From an uncultured Clostridia bacterium (GTDB lineage: Bacteria; Bacillota; Clostridia; TANB77; CAG-508), in assembly GCA_944389475.1 (NCBI GenBank), contig CALXMM010000003.1, positions 64,847 through 128,846 on the forward strand: a stretch of 64,000 nucleotides of DNA, in the 5' to 3' direction. The position numbers were made by a program, and so were the translations under genes. A model generated the notes under the pieces. It did no database searches and had not been told where the DNA came from. It saw only the letters and a list, made by a program, of their open reading frames with translations. Positions within the stretch are counted from its first letter, which is position 1; each line of letters starts with the position of its first letter. Below, piece by piece: positions 50,001-57,651 of this stretch.

Positions 50001-53000
50001 GCCAAAAGTACCATACCTTGTGAATTGTATTTTATTAGATAATTACCTGCAGTTAATGTTTGGTCTCCTACTTGCATATCACTCTTAATATTTCCTGTAA
50101 CAATGATACCTCCATCACTCGTTGGTGCTACTGATAAGATATAATCATCATCACTTCCTCCAAATGAATCTGCCCATTCTACTTCGCCTGAGCTATTGTA
50201 TTTTATTATTAGGCAATCAGAATCTCCATTACTTGTTAATGTTTCATTTTCTACTTGGATTGTACTACTTCCGAAACGTCCTCCTACTAGGATTCCTCTA
50301 TCACTGGTTGGTGCTACTGATAAGATATAATCATCATCACTTCCTCCAAATGAATCTGCCCATTCTACTTTTCCCTCGCTATTGTATTTTATTATTAGGC
50401 AATCATAAGAATATGTAAAACCATTATTATTTGTTAATGTTTCATTTCCTACTTGGATTGTACTACTTTGGAAATATCCTCCTGCTATATACCCTCCATC
50501 ACTGGTTGACGCTACTGATAAGATATAATCATTATCACTTCCTCCAAATGAATCTGCCCATTCTATGTCTCCTTCACTATTGTATTTTATTATTAGGCAA
50601 TCAGCATCATTGCTACTATGATTTGTTAATGTTTCATTTCCTACTTGGATTGTAGTACTTTCGAAATATCCTCCTGCTATATAACCTCCATCACTCGTTT
50701 CTGCTACTGATTCTATATAATCATAATCACTTCCTCCAATTGAATCTGCCCATGTTGCTACCATTCCTTCTTTTGGCTCTCTAGAGGAACCTATACCAAA
50801 ATAGTATACACTATCAGATATATCGTATTTTTCTGGTGTTTCTACTTCTACAGCTTTATATAATCCTTCTGTTAAGTCTGCTGTTAATTCTCCGTTTTGG
50901 TCTGTAGAAACTGTGTAGTATTCTCTTCCATTTATTGTTTCTTTTGTTCCAACGATTTCTCCTTTACTATTTGTTGCAGGTACCTCTCCATTGTCTACAT
51001 TGTATATTGCAAATTTAACTCCTGCTAATGTTGCTCCTGTTTCTGCATCTTTCTTAATTAATTTAAATGATGGGCTATCTTCTATTGTTAATTTTACTGT
51101 ATTTCCTTCTACTGTGTATTTCTCTTCTATTCCGTCCATGTTTAATAAGCTTAAAGTATTATCTTTATTTTCTACTTTAAACCTTATATCTTTTACCTTT
51201 GCATATCCTTCTGGTGCTAATACTTCCTTTAATGTATATGTTGCTTCTTCATCTTTTCCTTCTATGTATTGGTATAAATTATCTATTGTTACTGTTCCAT
51301 TTCCGTCTGTTATATATTCTCCTATTTCTTCATCATTTTTATATAATTTAAATTTTGCTCCTGATAAATATGTTACTTCTGTATCTGCTAATGCTGTTTC
51401 TGCTTTTGCTTTTAGTTCATCATCACTTACTGTTGCTTCTGTTGTTTTCTTTACTTTTATTATTTGTAAGCTATATGTTGGTATCTTCTCATCCTCTATG
51501 TTTAATGTAATTGTTGGTATACTATCTTCTTCTGTTGTACTTTGGTCTTTTATTGTTCCACTTGTTGTTTGTATAATATAATTTCCATCATTGTTTACTA
51601 TTTTAAATGTTATAGGGTCTGCTAAATAATACCCTTCTGCTTTTGTTTCAGTTAGAGTATATTCTTGGTTAATAGAAAGCCCACTTATTGTAGCCTCTCC
51701 ATTTATATTTGTTGTTACTGTTCTTCCATTTTCAGGTAGGTTATATCCTGTTAATTTATATCTTACATTTTGTATAAGCGTATCTGTGCCTTGTTCTTTC
51801 TTAACAATTTTTATACTTGCTTTTACTTCATCTTCTACTTTTACAGTTACTCTGTAATCTTCTCCTTCTTCCTTAACTACAGCCATATCTTCTTTTGTTG
51901 TTCCACTTGTTTTCTCTATTGTAAGATTTCCTTCATCATCTACATGACCAATAAACCTAATAACATCACTATTTAATTCATAGTTATCAGGTGTTTTCAT
52001 TTCTGCCAATATATATGCTTTTTCCGCATATAGTCCATTTATAGTTAACATTCCTTGTGCATTTGTTACAGCTGTTCTAATTTCTCCTGTTTCCAAATCC
52101 ATAACTCCATATGTTGCACTAGGAATTACTTTATCTTTTCCTGTTTGGTATTTTGTTAATTCTAAATTATATTTCTCTGCAATTCTAAATCCTAATCTGT
52201 TAGGCTCTGTTTGTGTTCTATACTTTCCTTGGTCTGTATCTAAGCTAAAGTATACTCCATGATGACTGAAAGATACTTTATTAAACTCTAATCCATTTGG
52301 TATCTTTACTGTGTAATTAAATACATATTCTTTTCCTGTTGGCATTATGTAAGCACCAAGGTCTATTAAATATGTTTTAACATTATCCCAATCTGTTACT
52401 TCTTCTGCTGTTTTCCATCCATTTTGTTCATCTGTTAGGTCTCTATCTGGATTCTCATTTTCAGAATAATACACTGTTGCATATTGTTGCAATTCTTCAG
52501 GTATTTGTATTCCTGCTTCTGTCATCTTGGTTGTAAATGTTGAACCTAAGTCTCCTCCACTTATTACATATGTATTTCCTTCAAATGGTATCTTTCCTAA
52601 TATTTGTATATCACTAATTGTACTTCCATAATTATTTCTTACTTGTACTCCTATTGTTGCTTCTTTCTCTTCTCCTTCTTGGTCTACTACTCCATAAACT
52701 GGCTTTATATCTGCAACTTCTGGTGATACTACTTGACTTCCTTTATCATCATAATTACTTCCTATTTGGTTTGTTAATAATGAGTTTGGTGATACCATGC
52801 TTAAACTTACTGTATCATGGTTTACTTGTTCATCTATATTTAAGTTGTCGTTTACATCATAAACATCGCTTGCTTTGTAATAATAGTCACATGTTTCTTC
52901 ATTAGATGCATATAACTCTATATCTCTACTCATTGTTGCTACTCTTGGGTCTGGAGTTATATCCACATCTATTGTTATGCTATATGTTTGTGGTGTATCA

Positions 53001-55093
53001 TTATTATTCTTTGTGTTTATCTTTATTAGTTTTGCTCCATCTTGCTCTATAATTTCATAGCTAACTAATGAAACTGCACTGTTATTTATTTGTACATCAT
53101 TTATTTGGGCATCTATTATTTCTTCTGGTAGTTTTACTACAAAACTTCCATCCACCCATCCTACTTGGTTGCTTGAACTGTCATTTCTTGCTGTTATTGT
53201 TATCTTTTCATTTTTTTCTGTTATTTGTGTTGATATTGTATTATTGCTTATTCCTATATCTGCTATTGAATATGGTGCTTCATAATTTGCTTGGTGTGTG
53301 TCTGTATTAATATATCTTCCTCCAAGATATCCTACTAATGTAGATTTTATATATTGTAATTTGTCAAACTCCTCCCTGGTATAGTTTGTTGTTATATATT
53401 CATCATCTAATTCTTTAATGTTATATACTGTTAAATAACTATTTGCGTTTGTATCACTTGTCTCTATTCTTATATGTTTTACTGGTAGTTCATATTTATA
53501 TGAATTACTTGCTGTATACTTGCTCCAATCAGATTTTGTAAATGTTACTAATAAATCTCCTGTTTCTTCATCATATACTTTTATCCATCCATCATCTTTT
53601 AAGATGCTATCTGCCCCTGAAAATGCTATTCCAATATTTGTTGTTACATCTTCCATACTTTCTTTATTTGAATCTGTCTTTATGAAATTGTCTGTAACTT
53701 GTGATTTATCATTTTCAGTTTCTTTCATTACTAATCCTGTAGAAGTTCCATCAGTTCCTGTATATGCCTCCCATTTTACTTGGTATATATCGTCTTCTCC
53801 CATATCGCTTAATCCATTGTATATTTTTAATGGTTTTTCTTTTGAAATTATATATCTATAACTTGGATAAAATACATATTTTCCTACTGTTACATCGAAT
53901 CTTGCTACTGAGCCTTGCATTTTTCTATAGTTTGCTACTATTGTTGCACTTGCTACATTTGATTTATATGGGTTTGTAAATTCTGAACTTGTGTTGTTAT
54001 ATCCTTCGTAATATGTGCTTACTGGTATTCTTAATGTTACTGTGTCTTCTCCTAAACTTTGATATGCTTCTATTGGATATACTACTTTTACACTGTATGA
54101 ATTATCTCTAGATACTCCACTTGTTACTGTTCCATCTTCTCCTACTTGTGTTTCTCTATCTATTGTAAGCACTTTTGTCTCTTCATTATAATTTGCTGTA
54201 GCATTACTTCCTGTATATTCCACACTTATTGGGTCATATCCATTTAATTGTGGGATTGTTGCTTCTACATGGTTTTTCTTTAATATTAATTCATCTTCTG
54301 TTTCCTCTGTTATTATAGAGAAGTTCAATGTTATTGTTCCGTTTTCTTCATCTAGTCTGTCATCTAAATCATAATATGTGTTATAGCTATTGTTTGTATA
54401 TATACTTGCTCTTGCTGTTCCGTACCAATCTATATTAAAATTAACTGTTTTTGTTATAGGTGTTTCTACTCCATCTTCTCCAACATATGTTCCTGTTAAT
54501 GTTACTGTATTTAGCTTGCTATAGTTATTTATATTATTTCCTATGGCTGCATTTTCACGTGATGAATAAGAATAGTCTCCACTTCTAACTATTCCTGTTA
54601 ATAACTTTTGCGTTCCATTCTTTAAATCATTAAATTCTATTACCTTTGTGTTATTTCCTACATAACTATCTTTTAACTCATTATCTTTTGGTAATGCTGT
54701 TTGGAAATAGAAATTATTACCATCACTCATTGTTATCTTGGCATCTTTTAGATATCCTGCTGTTTGAACATTTAATTCCATGTACAAGGTATCCTCTTTT
54801 CCTATCTCTCTACTTGTTCCTCTTATGCTCTCTGCATTTCCATCTCCATCTAAGTCACGTAAAAAGAAGGCATCAAATTTAACGTGGCCATCTGTTCCAT
54901 CCACGTTTTCTTCTCCTTCCTGTACTTGGTCATATTCCATTGCTTTTGCTAGTTCTGGATTTGCCTTTGCAAAATTCTCTTTTTGCTTGTTAACTTTAAC
55001 AACAACCATAGTTATTATTAATGCTACTATTATCGCTATTACTCCGACTAGCAATCCTATCTTTCTCTTCATTCCCTTTTGCATATTTTCCAT
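41096..55093 (-). CDS. Giant (4665 aa) multidomain cell-surface protein, paralog of 20562-37673
   Basis: Unbroken 14.0-kb ORF, collinear with gene 1. By eye the head, C-terminal MucBP run and sorting signal are about 70-85% identical at aa level. It lacks the 11x Cna_B block but carries a unique duplicated insert of about 320 aa. The C-terminus has SVETGEF, a hydrophobic segment and a KRQKKNNKK tail. Confidence 0.9.
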   Translation of the reverse strand: MENMQKGMKRKIGLLVGVIAIIVALIITMVVVKVNKQKENFAKANPELAKAMEYDQVQEGEENVDGTDGHVKFDAFFLRDLDGDGNAESIRGTSREIGKEDTLYMELNVQTAGYLKDAKITMSDGNNFYFQTALPKDNELKDSYVGNNTKVIEFNDLKNGTQKLLTGIVRSGDYSYSSRENAAIGNNINNYSKLNTVTLTGTYVGEDGVETPITKTVNFNIDWYGTARASIYTNNSYNTYYDLDDRLDEENGTITLNFSIITEETEDELILKKNHVEATIPQLNGYDPISVEYTGSNATANYNEETKVLTIDRETQVGEDGTVTSGVSRDNSYSVKVVYPIEAYQSLGEDTVTLRIPVSTYYEGYNNTSSEFTNPYKSNVASATIVANYRKMQGSVARFDVTVGKYVFYPSYRYIISKEKPLKIYNGLSDMGEDDIYQVKWEAYTGTDGTSTGLVMKETENDKSQVTDNFIKTDSNKESMEDVTTNIGIAFSGADSILKDDGWIKVYDEETGDLLVTFTKSDWSKYTASNSYKYELPVKHIRIETSDTNANSYLTVYNIKELDDEYITTNYTREEFDKLQYIKSTLVGYLGGRYINTDTHQANYEAPYSIADIGISNNTISTQITEKNEKITITARNDSSSNQVGWVDGSFVVKLPEEIIDAQINDVQINNSAVSLVSYEIIEQDGAKLIKINTKNNNDTPQTYSITIDVDITPDPRVATMSRDIELYASNEETCDYYYKASDVYDVNDNLNIDEQVNHDTVSLSMVSPNSLLTNQIGSNYDDKGSQVVSPEVADIKPVYGVVDQEGEEKEATIGVQVRNNYGSTISDIQILGKIPFEGNTYVISGGDLGSTFTTKMTEAGIQIPEELQQYATVYYSENENPDRDLTDEQNGWKTAEEVTDWDNVKTYLIDLGAYIMPTGKEYVFNYTVKIPNGLEFNKVSFSHHGVYFSLDTDQGKYRTQTEPNRLGFRIAEKYNLELTKYQTGKDKVIPSATYGVMDLETGEIRTAVTNAQGMLTINGLYAEKAYILAEMKTPDNYELNSDVIRFIGHVDDEGNLTIEKTSGTTKEDMAVVKEEGEDYRVTVKVEDEVKASIKIVKKEQGTDTLIQNVRYKLTGYNLPENGRTVTTNINGEATISGLSINQEYTLTETKAEGYYLADPITFKIVNNDGNYIIQTTSGTIKDQSTTEEDSIPTITLNIEDEKIPTYSLQIIKVKKTTEATVSDDELKAKAETALADTEVTYLSGAKFKLYKNDEEIGEYITDGNGTVTIDNLYQYIEGKDEEATYTLKEVLAPEGYAKVKDIRFKVENKDNTLSLLNMDGIEEKYTVEGNTVKLTIEDSPSFKLIKKDAETGATLAGVKFAIYNVDNGEVPATNSKGEIVGTKETINGREYYTVSTDQNGELTADLTEGLYKAVEVETPEKYDISDSVYYFGIGSSREPKEGMVATWADSIGGSDYDYIESVAETSDGGYIAGGYFESTTIQVGNETLTNHSSNDADCLIIKYNSEGDIEWADSFGGSDNDYILSVASTSDGGYIAGGYFQSSTIQVGNETLTNNNGFTYSYDCLIIKYNSEGKVEWADSFGGSDDDYILSVAPTSDRGILVGGRFGSSTIQVENETLTSNGDSDCLIIKYNSSGEVEWADSFGGSDDDYILSVAPTSDGGIIVTGNIKSDMQVGDQTLTAGNYLIKYNSQGMVLLAKTILDNNNITINSSVLTNDGGILIGGYFTNSSSIQIGDYQLTNNGIDTALIVKYNSEGEVDWAKSFGGSSNNQIDTVISTNDGGILVNGIFSEFKLNNKIVTRGRHLLKLNSMGELEYATTSSYGIYNCISELTNGDVIVGGYFNSTIQVGDKTLIPNGSDGLIIKFEKQEIVNPVVTNASSFGGSNDDEIQSIAATSDGGYIAGGYFRSSTIQLEGIDGQITLRNNGSTSYYDAMIIKYNKDKQVEWAKSFGGSGSDYIESVASTSDGGILVGGYFRSSTIQLEGINGQITLKNNGSTSYYDGLVIKYNSSGEVEWAKSFGGSNDDRIQSIAATSDGGAIAGGYFSSDTIQVGNYQLTNKGDNDGLIIKYNSTGEVEWADSFGGIYNDYINSVASTRDGGILVGGYSENIIQVGDYQLTNNGSSDGLIIKYSSEGEVEWAKSFGGSGSDYIESVASTSDGGILVGGYFYSSTIKVGNETLTNNGFTYSYDCLIIKYNSEGKVEWAKSFGGSGSDYIESVASTSDGGILVGGYFSSSIQVGNEILISKGSDDGLIIKYSSQGEVEWAKSFGGSSNDDIQSVVVTSDGGVIAGGYFNSSTINVDDYTLTNNSGSTSIFETTSDGMILEVANQVGVPEVQELTVENSRKEFNITTDVNEIDGVKGGSISGEDMTSYDKVKYGDSSTKEIVMTPDSGYEIIGITVNGKEWPFEENEDGRYKMPQFTNMTEDKHVVVTYALKDNKIVINKVDSEDNSKKLAGATFKLDQLEERTDPDNDEIIGDIVANGQEYVETDTEKGEVTGVLGDLTNNGTYYFVQNEDGAYVPTNSKTYQLANGGSAGIQSSTANSYIPINLSGKSGEYVVVVNASVSSEGSDSGYATINQSTTAPTYSSSTGRFMYISGTYGSVTTAKDYTSKVLEGGKTYYLHLGYHKDVSIDSGEDQIVINSIKVYEANSSTYNFVDNSSGGYESNNQGQDSTVANSYIPIDLTNYTGKYNLTVNADVSSQSSSDYGYATVTSNTTAPSYSSSTGRFVYISGEQDAQDYTTVLQGGQMYYLHLGYYKNASTSTGDDKFTVNSVKVTLNDSELYHTEVTTNSEGQAITQIPFGKYQITEVTAPEGYELNSEPVVVEFRADGNHEFTIENNKLAKVIVHHYLKDNEGNYTTTKVAEDELVEGKNGEKYTTNPKLDLSEYELEKDGEGNYVLPENATGDFESGKTIEVIYYYETKDIPLTVHHYIEGTTEKVPLKDGGVAEDVIDSGKENEPYITNAIEEDKLSDDYELVETPSNAEGTYSGEEVVVTYYYKKVVRPLVINKFAEDGKTPLAGVKFTIADKDTPTTIIGTYTTDSNGQIATNLESGDYIATETEVPEGYQIPENNTTEFSVTKGQDQVTLDITNTKIKGTVITHHYIMNSDGTTTETKVPNKDGGVVEDVVQTGDVGDIYATKQADNVSENYEYVSTVGETSGTIQNGTIEVIYYYKLKPTNVLVHHYIMNLDGTTTETKVPNKNGGVVEDELIDGQVNSPYTTNPSTEIANNYEVVNENPANANGNMTLEQIVVTYYYKLKTPTVTNTIEKTGTERITAPDQEVNYTITYNANVTDYIGNAEVTIVDTLPYAIDTSKANDLDGGNYDPAKHTITWTENVSDLDSYNVKGTVNITKNIKVFYTGLDMNQEKITNNVRGSIKLLTPETTSEETNDDFESTIYKSIISAEKIVDKTEAQEGEKVTYTVRIKNDGNLAKTVTLADTLPEGLTFDSSTQIKVGSTGTVYTEQNLKNGIQVEVPEYSTVDVVFAGIVNTLPEGTYSKELKNKATLDNEPTNEVTTTVTKPNITAHKESDPVSGTKVTEGDTITYRIRVRNDGTRAGTVLVKDKVPEGTTFVEDSVRIGELQDLTKTAEDLENGISVTLGINEEKVVEFQVRVNKLADGTTIKNTAYINKDTDNPGNPGDEPGENPEDEKVPEEPEHTYVEPKEEQSISKTGTATTDSLDDEITYNINYTAHITDYEGNAKIVLVDQLPYEIDTTKTNILEDLDGGTYDAASKTITWEQPVENIQMTEGREVTINKQIKVVYTGISQDTLSIKNNIKAHIEYETPDRTSEEVTANWPTTTGFIVNIPVSKIWDDSDNKLGQRPTRVVFKLTGSDGSVRTLDVAKPGTANTTTTQDSENPNKWNDIFTDLPKYDANKQEIVYTLTEEQKTDGDLKYYDSVVTDKTVTNTNKYGKVTVHHYVMNPDGSTTETRVPDKEGNEVQDEIIEGKEGDPYETEPADNVNEKYELVQEKLPEKPDGTIEKYDEEKPQEVIYYYRLKPAKVIIHYLEKDSDDNDGNNLVLSDNEQIDGHVDDQYNTDTEHKKDTITKDGKTYTLVSNSGNTQGTMTVADTNVTYYYLQNTKATVRYVEGNPETGEIVKDLETPRTEEGLVGDEFVTNSKEFTGYKLIQSPNPTTINMTKEEQTLIYWYEPVYTGLLENHIDDKTGKILYTEEHEVQVGDSYNIPSKNFVGYDLVTTKLPNNASGTMGEELVTVNYYYIKKAVLEVNYIDKETGEPLTDQIVDDTKHEGDPYTTEQKTFEDFDLVEVPSNKDGTLTVETDENGNITNNKTVVTYYYVRKAVVEEHHIDIVTGEELAEPTIYNGHVGDEYTTSAKEFLSYELVTEDKDGNNMLPTNAQGTMTKDKIVVNYYYNQPAKVIVHYVDRTTGRELEENNPETGELQSSQVIIEGYKDDDYTTTPKDFEYYKLVESPKEPNGKMKVEITKDENGKDIVNNTKDVYYYYEPKPFNIGVEKDISAIIVNGERRNATNGKLEKVDIYRKSTENTSVQVEYKIKVMNTGEISGRAIVEDKLPEGMTLANNDGTWEVSSVNAAESGETTIRKVIPEIGAGETKEYTVLLNWKTSGNNMGNKVNEVALTETDNVPGFKDSNDKDNTDNATVSISVETGEFPVGLLIALVALVGLESVTLRYAVVLTKRQKKNNKK
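48125..50757 (-). repeat. Two tandem seven-blade SBBP-type propeller repeat sets (gene 2), with near-identical DNA repeats
   Basis: 7 + 7 blades, split at KFEKQEIVNPVVTNASSFGG (about 49490). Identical stretches of at least 70 bp start at 48403, 48597 and 49172. A repeat of about 90 bp occurs at about 50133 and 50320. Confidence 0.75.
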
Positions 55094-55355
55094 AATGAAA
55101 TCCCTCCAACAAAAAAGTCATTTTTCGCTATATTATCTGTTTTATTTTATCAACTTTATTTCTTATATTAAATAGCACTTTTTGCCATGTGTTGGAGGGT
55201 GTTCCGCGCCTATTTACGCAAGCTCCTAATGTGTGGTTTAAAGTTTAATATTACATTTTTGTGTATTTTTTGATACATTTTGACATAAGGGATTTGGAAA
55301 AATCCTTTTTTCTCTTTTTATATCTTCTATTTCTTCTTTCCGTAGTTTTTCTTAA
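55094..55355 (-). promoter_or_regulatory. Conserved leader/promoter region of giant gene 2 with an RBS-sequestering helix
   Basis: The arms at 55190-55199 and 55102-55111 are perfectly complementary (CCCTCCAACA / TGTTGGAGGG) and cover the SD GGAGG. Sequence blocks are shared with 37674-37915. Confidence 0.5.
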
Positions 55356-55383
55356 TGGTTTAAATTTTTATAGTTCAAAAATA

Positions 55384-55572
55384 GTGGAAAATGAAATAAC
55401 TGATTCTAAGAAAAAACAGGAATACTGGGAAACAGGTATAGGCTTAAATAAGGTTGATAATTTAGAACCTTCTAAATATTTATTAGACTTATCCCAGAAA
55501 AACATTAATGGGGAATTAAAGTATAACGAAGTAGAAAATTTATTACAGGAAAAAAGGACCTTTCCAAATTGA
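55384..55572 (+). pseudogene. Possible remnant of a VbhA-like antitoxin / Fic N-terminal module
   Basis: QEYWETGIGLNKVDNLEPSKYLLDLSQKNINGELKYNEVENLL fits the ..EGL.PS........GEI...E pattern of VbhA-type domains. There is no convincing start or RBS. The first 40 codons of the tracked ORF overlap the gene 2 leader and look non-coding. Confidence 0.3.
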
Positions 55573-55679
55573 TTGAACCAAAATTGTAAAACTTCTTATC
55601 TAACAATTTTGTTTCAGTACAATCCCGGAATAGGTCCTTTTTCTATATAAATCTTTTATCCAGTTACAATTTATTTCGA

Positions 55680-57497
55680 CTAGGCTTGTTTCTCATCATC
55701 TGCGAAAATTCTATCGAATTCATCACCATCGATTTTTTCTTTCTCTAGCAATACTTTTGCTACTGCATGCAATTTATCTACATGTTCACTTAAGATATCC
55801 GTAGCTTTTTTGTATCCTTCATCAACTAATTTCTTAACTTCTTCATCTATTATTGCTGCAGTTTCTTCAGAATATTCCTTAGCATGAGCTAAGTCTCTTC
55901 CTAAGAATACTTCATCTTGGTCACTACCAAATGTAATTGTTCCTAATCTATCGCTCATACCATATTTTGTAACCATTGCTCTTGCAATTGATGTTGCTCT
56001 TTCTATATCATTGCTTGCACCTGTAGAGATATCATTTAAAATCAATTTTTCTGCAACTCTTCCTCCTAATAGAGAAACGATATTTTCTTCCATTTCTGTT
56101 TTTGACCTAAATGATTTATCTTCTGTTGGTCTATACATTGTATAACCTCCAGCCATTCCTCTTGGTACAATTGATATTTGATGAACTTTATCCTGTGTTG
56201 GTAAATATCTACTTACAACTGCATGACCAGCTTCGTGGTAAGCAACTAATTTGTTTTCTTTTTCGCTTCTTACTCTTGTTTTCTTTTCTGGTCCCATTGT
56301 AACTTTTACCATTGCATCTTCAATTTCTTTCATTCCAATACAATCTAGATTTCTTCTAGCGGCAAGTAATGCAGCTTCGTTTAAAACATTCTCTAGGTCT
56401 GCTCCTGCAAAACCTGATGTATTTCTTGCAATTGTTTTTAAGTCTACATCTTCACCTAGTTTTTTCTTTCTAGCATGAACTTCTAGTATTTGCTCTCTAG
56501 CTTTTACATCTGGAGCAGATACAACTATTTGTCTGTCAAATCTACCAGGTCTTAATAATGCTTTATCTAGTACATCCGGTCTGTTTGTTGCAGCTAGCAC
56601 TATAACACCTTCATTTGTTCCAAATCCATCCATTTCAACTAAAAGTTGATTTAATGTTTGCTCTCTTTCATCATGTCCTCCTCCAAGGCCTGCACCTCTT
56701 TGGCGACCTACTGCATCAATTTCATCTATAAATATTATAGATGGAGAATTCTTTTTAGCTTGTTCGAACAAGTCTCTTACTCTTGATGCACCAACACCAA
56801 CAAACATTTCTACGAATTCTGAACCACTTATACTAAAGAAAGGAACTCCTGCTTCTCCAGCAACTGCTTTAGCAAGTAATGTTTTACCTGTACCAGGTTG
56901 ACCTACAAGTAGTACACCCTTTGGTATTCTTGCTCCCATATCTGTAAATTTCTTTGGAGTTTTTAAGAATTCTACAATTTCTTCTAGTTCTTCTTTTTCT
57001 TCATCAACACCAGCAACATCATTAAATGTAACTTTTGTTTTTTCAGCTCCATTTGTCATTCTTGCTCTACTCTTACCAAATGACATTGTTTTATTTCCGC
57101 CTTGGCTTCCTGGATTAATTAATAGTAAACCAAATAGTAAAACAATTACTATTATTCCAAATGGTATTATTAAGTAAAGACCTTTCATGAATACTGACTC
57201 TGGTTTTTCTGTTAATGTATAATTATTTGTTTTTAAAATTTCTTGTGCATATGTCATGAAACTATTAATGTCTGGAATATTAACTTCTTTTGGTACAGAA
57301 TCTCCTTCTAGTTCAACTAAGGCTTTTTCTCCTCCAGATTGAATTTCTATACTTGTTACTGTTCCATTTTCCATATCTGTTAATAATTCTGAATATGCAA
57401 GTTTATTGCTTGAATTATCCATTATTGACGAAATTAATACGATGAATATAATTAAAAATATTAACCATACCGCCAATGATTTTATACCATTTTTCAA
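55680..57497 (-). CDS. ftsH: ATP-dependent zinc metalloprotease FtsH
   Basis: Walker A GQPGTGKT, the SRH region and the HEAGHA zinc motif. TTG start after GGGAGG. Confidence 0.92.
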   Translation of the reverse strand: MKNGIKSLAVWLIFLIIFIVLISSIMDNSSNKLAYSELLTDMENGTVTSIEIQSGGEKALVELEGDSVPKEVNIPDINSFMTYAQEILKTNNYTLTEKPESVFMKGLYLIIPFGIIVIVLLFGLLLINPGSQGGNKTMSFGKSRARMTNGAEKTKVTFNDVAGVDEEKEELEEIVEFLKTPKKFTDMGARIPKGVLLVGQPGTGKTLLAKAVAGEAGVPFFSISGSEFVEMFVGVGASRVRDLFEQAKKNSPSIIFIDEIDAVGRQRGAGLGGGHDEREQTLNQLLVEMDGFGTNEGVIVLAATNRPDVLDKALLRPGRFDRQIVVSAPDVKAREQILEVHARKKKLGEDVDLKTIARNTSGFAGADLENVLNEAALLAARRNLDCIGMKEIEDAMVKVTMGPEKKTRVRSEKENKLVAYHEAGHAVVSRYLPTQDKVHQISIVPRGMAGGYTMYRPTEDKSFRSKTEMEENIVSLLGGRVAEKLILNDISTGASNDIERATSIARAMVTKYGMSDRLGTITFGSDQDEVFLGRDLAHAKEYSEETAAIIDEEVKKLVDEGYKKATDILSEHVDKLHAVAKVLLEKEKIDGDEFDRIFADDEKQA

Positions 57498-57651
57498 TTT
57501 ATTTTCCTCCCTCGTTAACTGATTTTTCCTTAAATGGCTTTTTTATATGTTACAAAATTAATTTGCTATATGCATATATACCATATATTTCAATAGTTTT
57601 CAAGTTTTTTTATGTGTCTTTTGTGTGTCAAGGTACCTCCTCTTACGGATA

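Noticed and set aside
55261-55383. N-terminal 40 codons of the tracked ORF 55261-55572 (MYFLIHFDIRDLEKSFFLFLYLLF...).
   Set aside because: This part overlaps the conserved gene 2 leader/promoter and a hairpin, and its composition is hydrophobic and low in complexity. Only the C-terminal part looks like a protein fragment.
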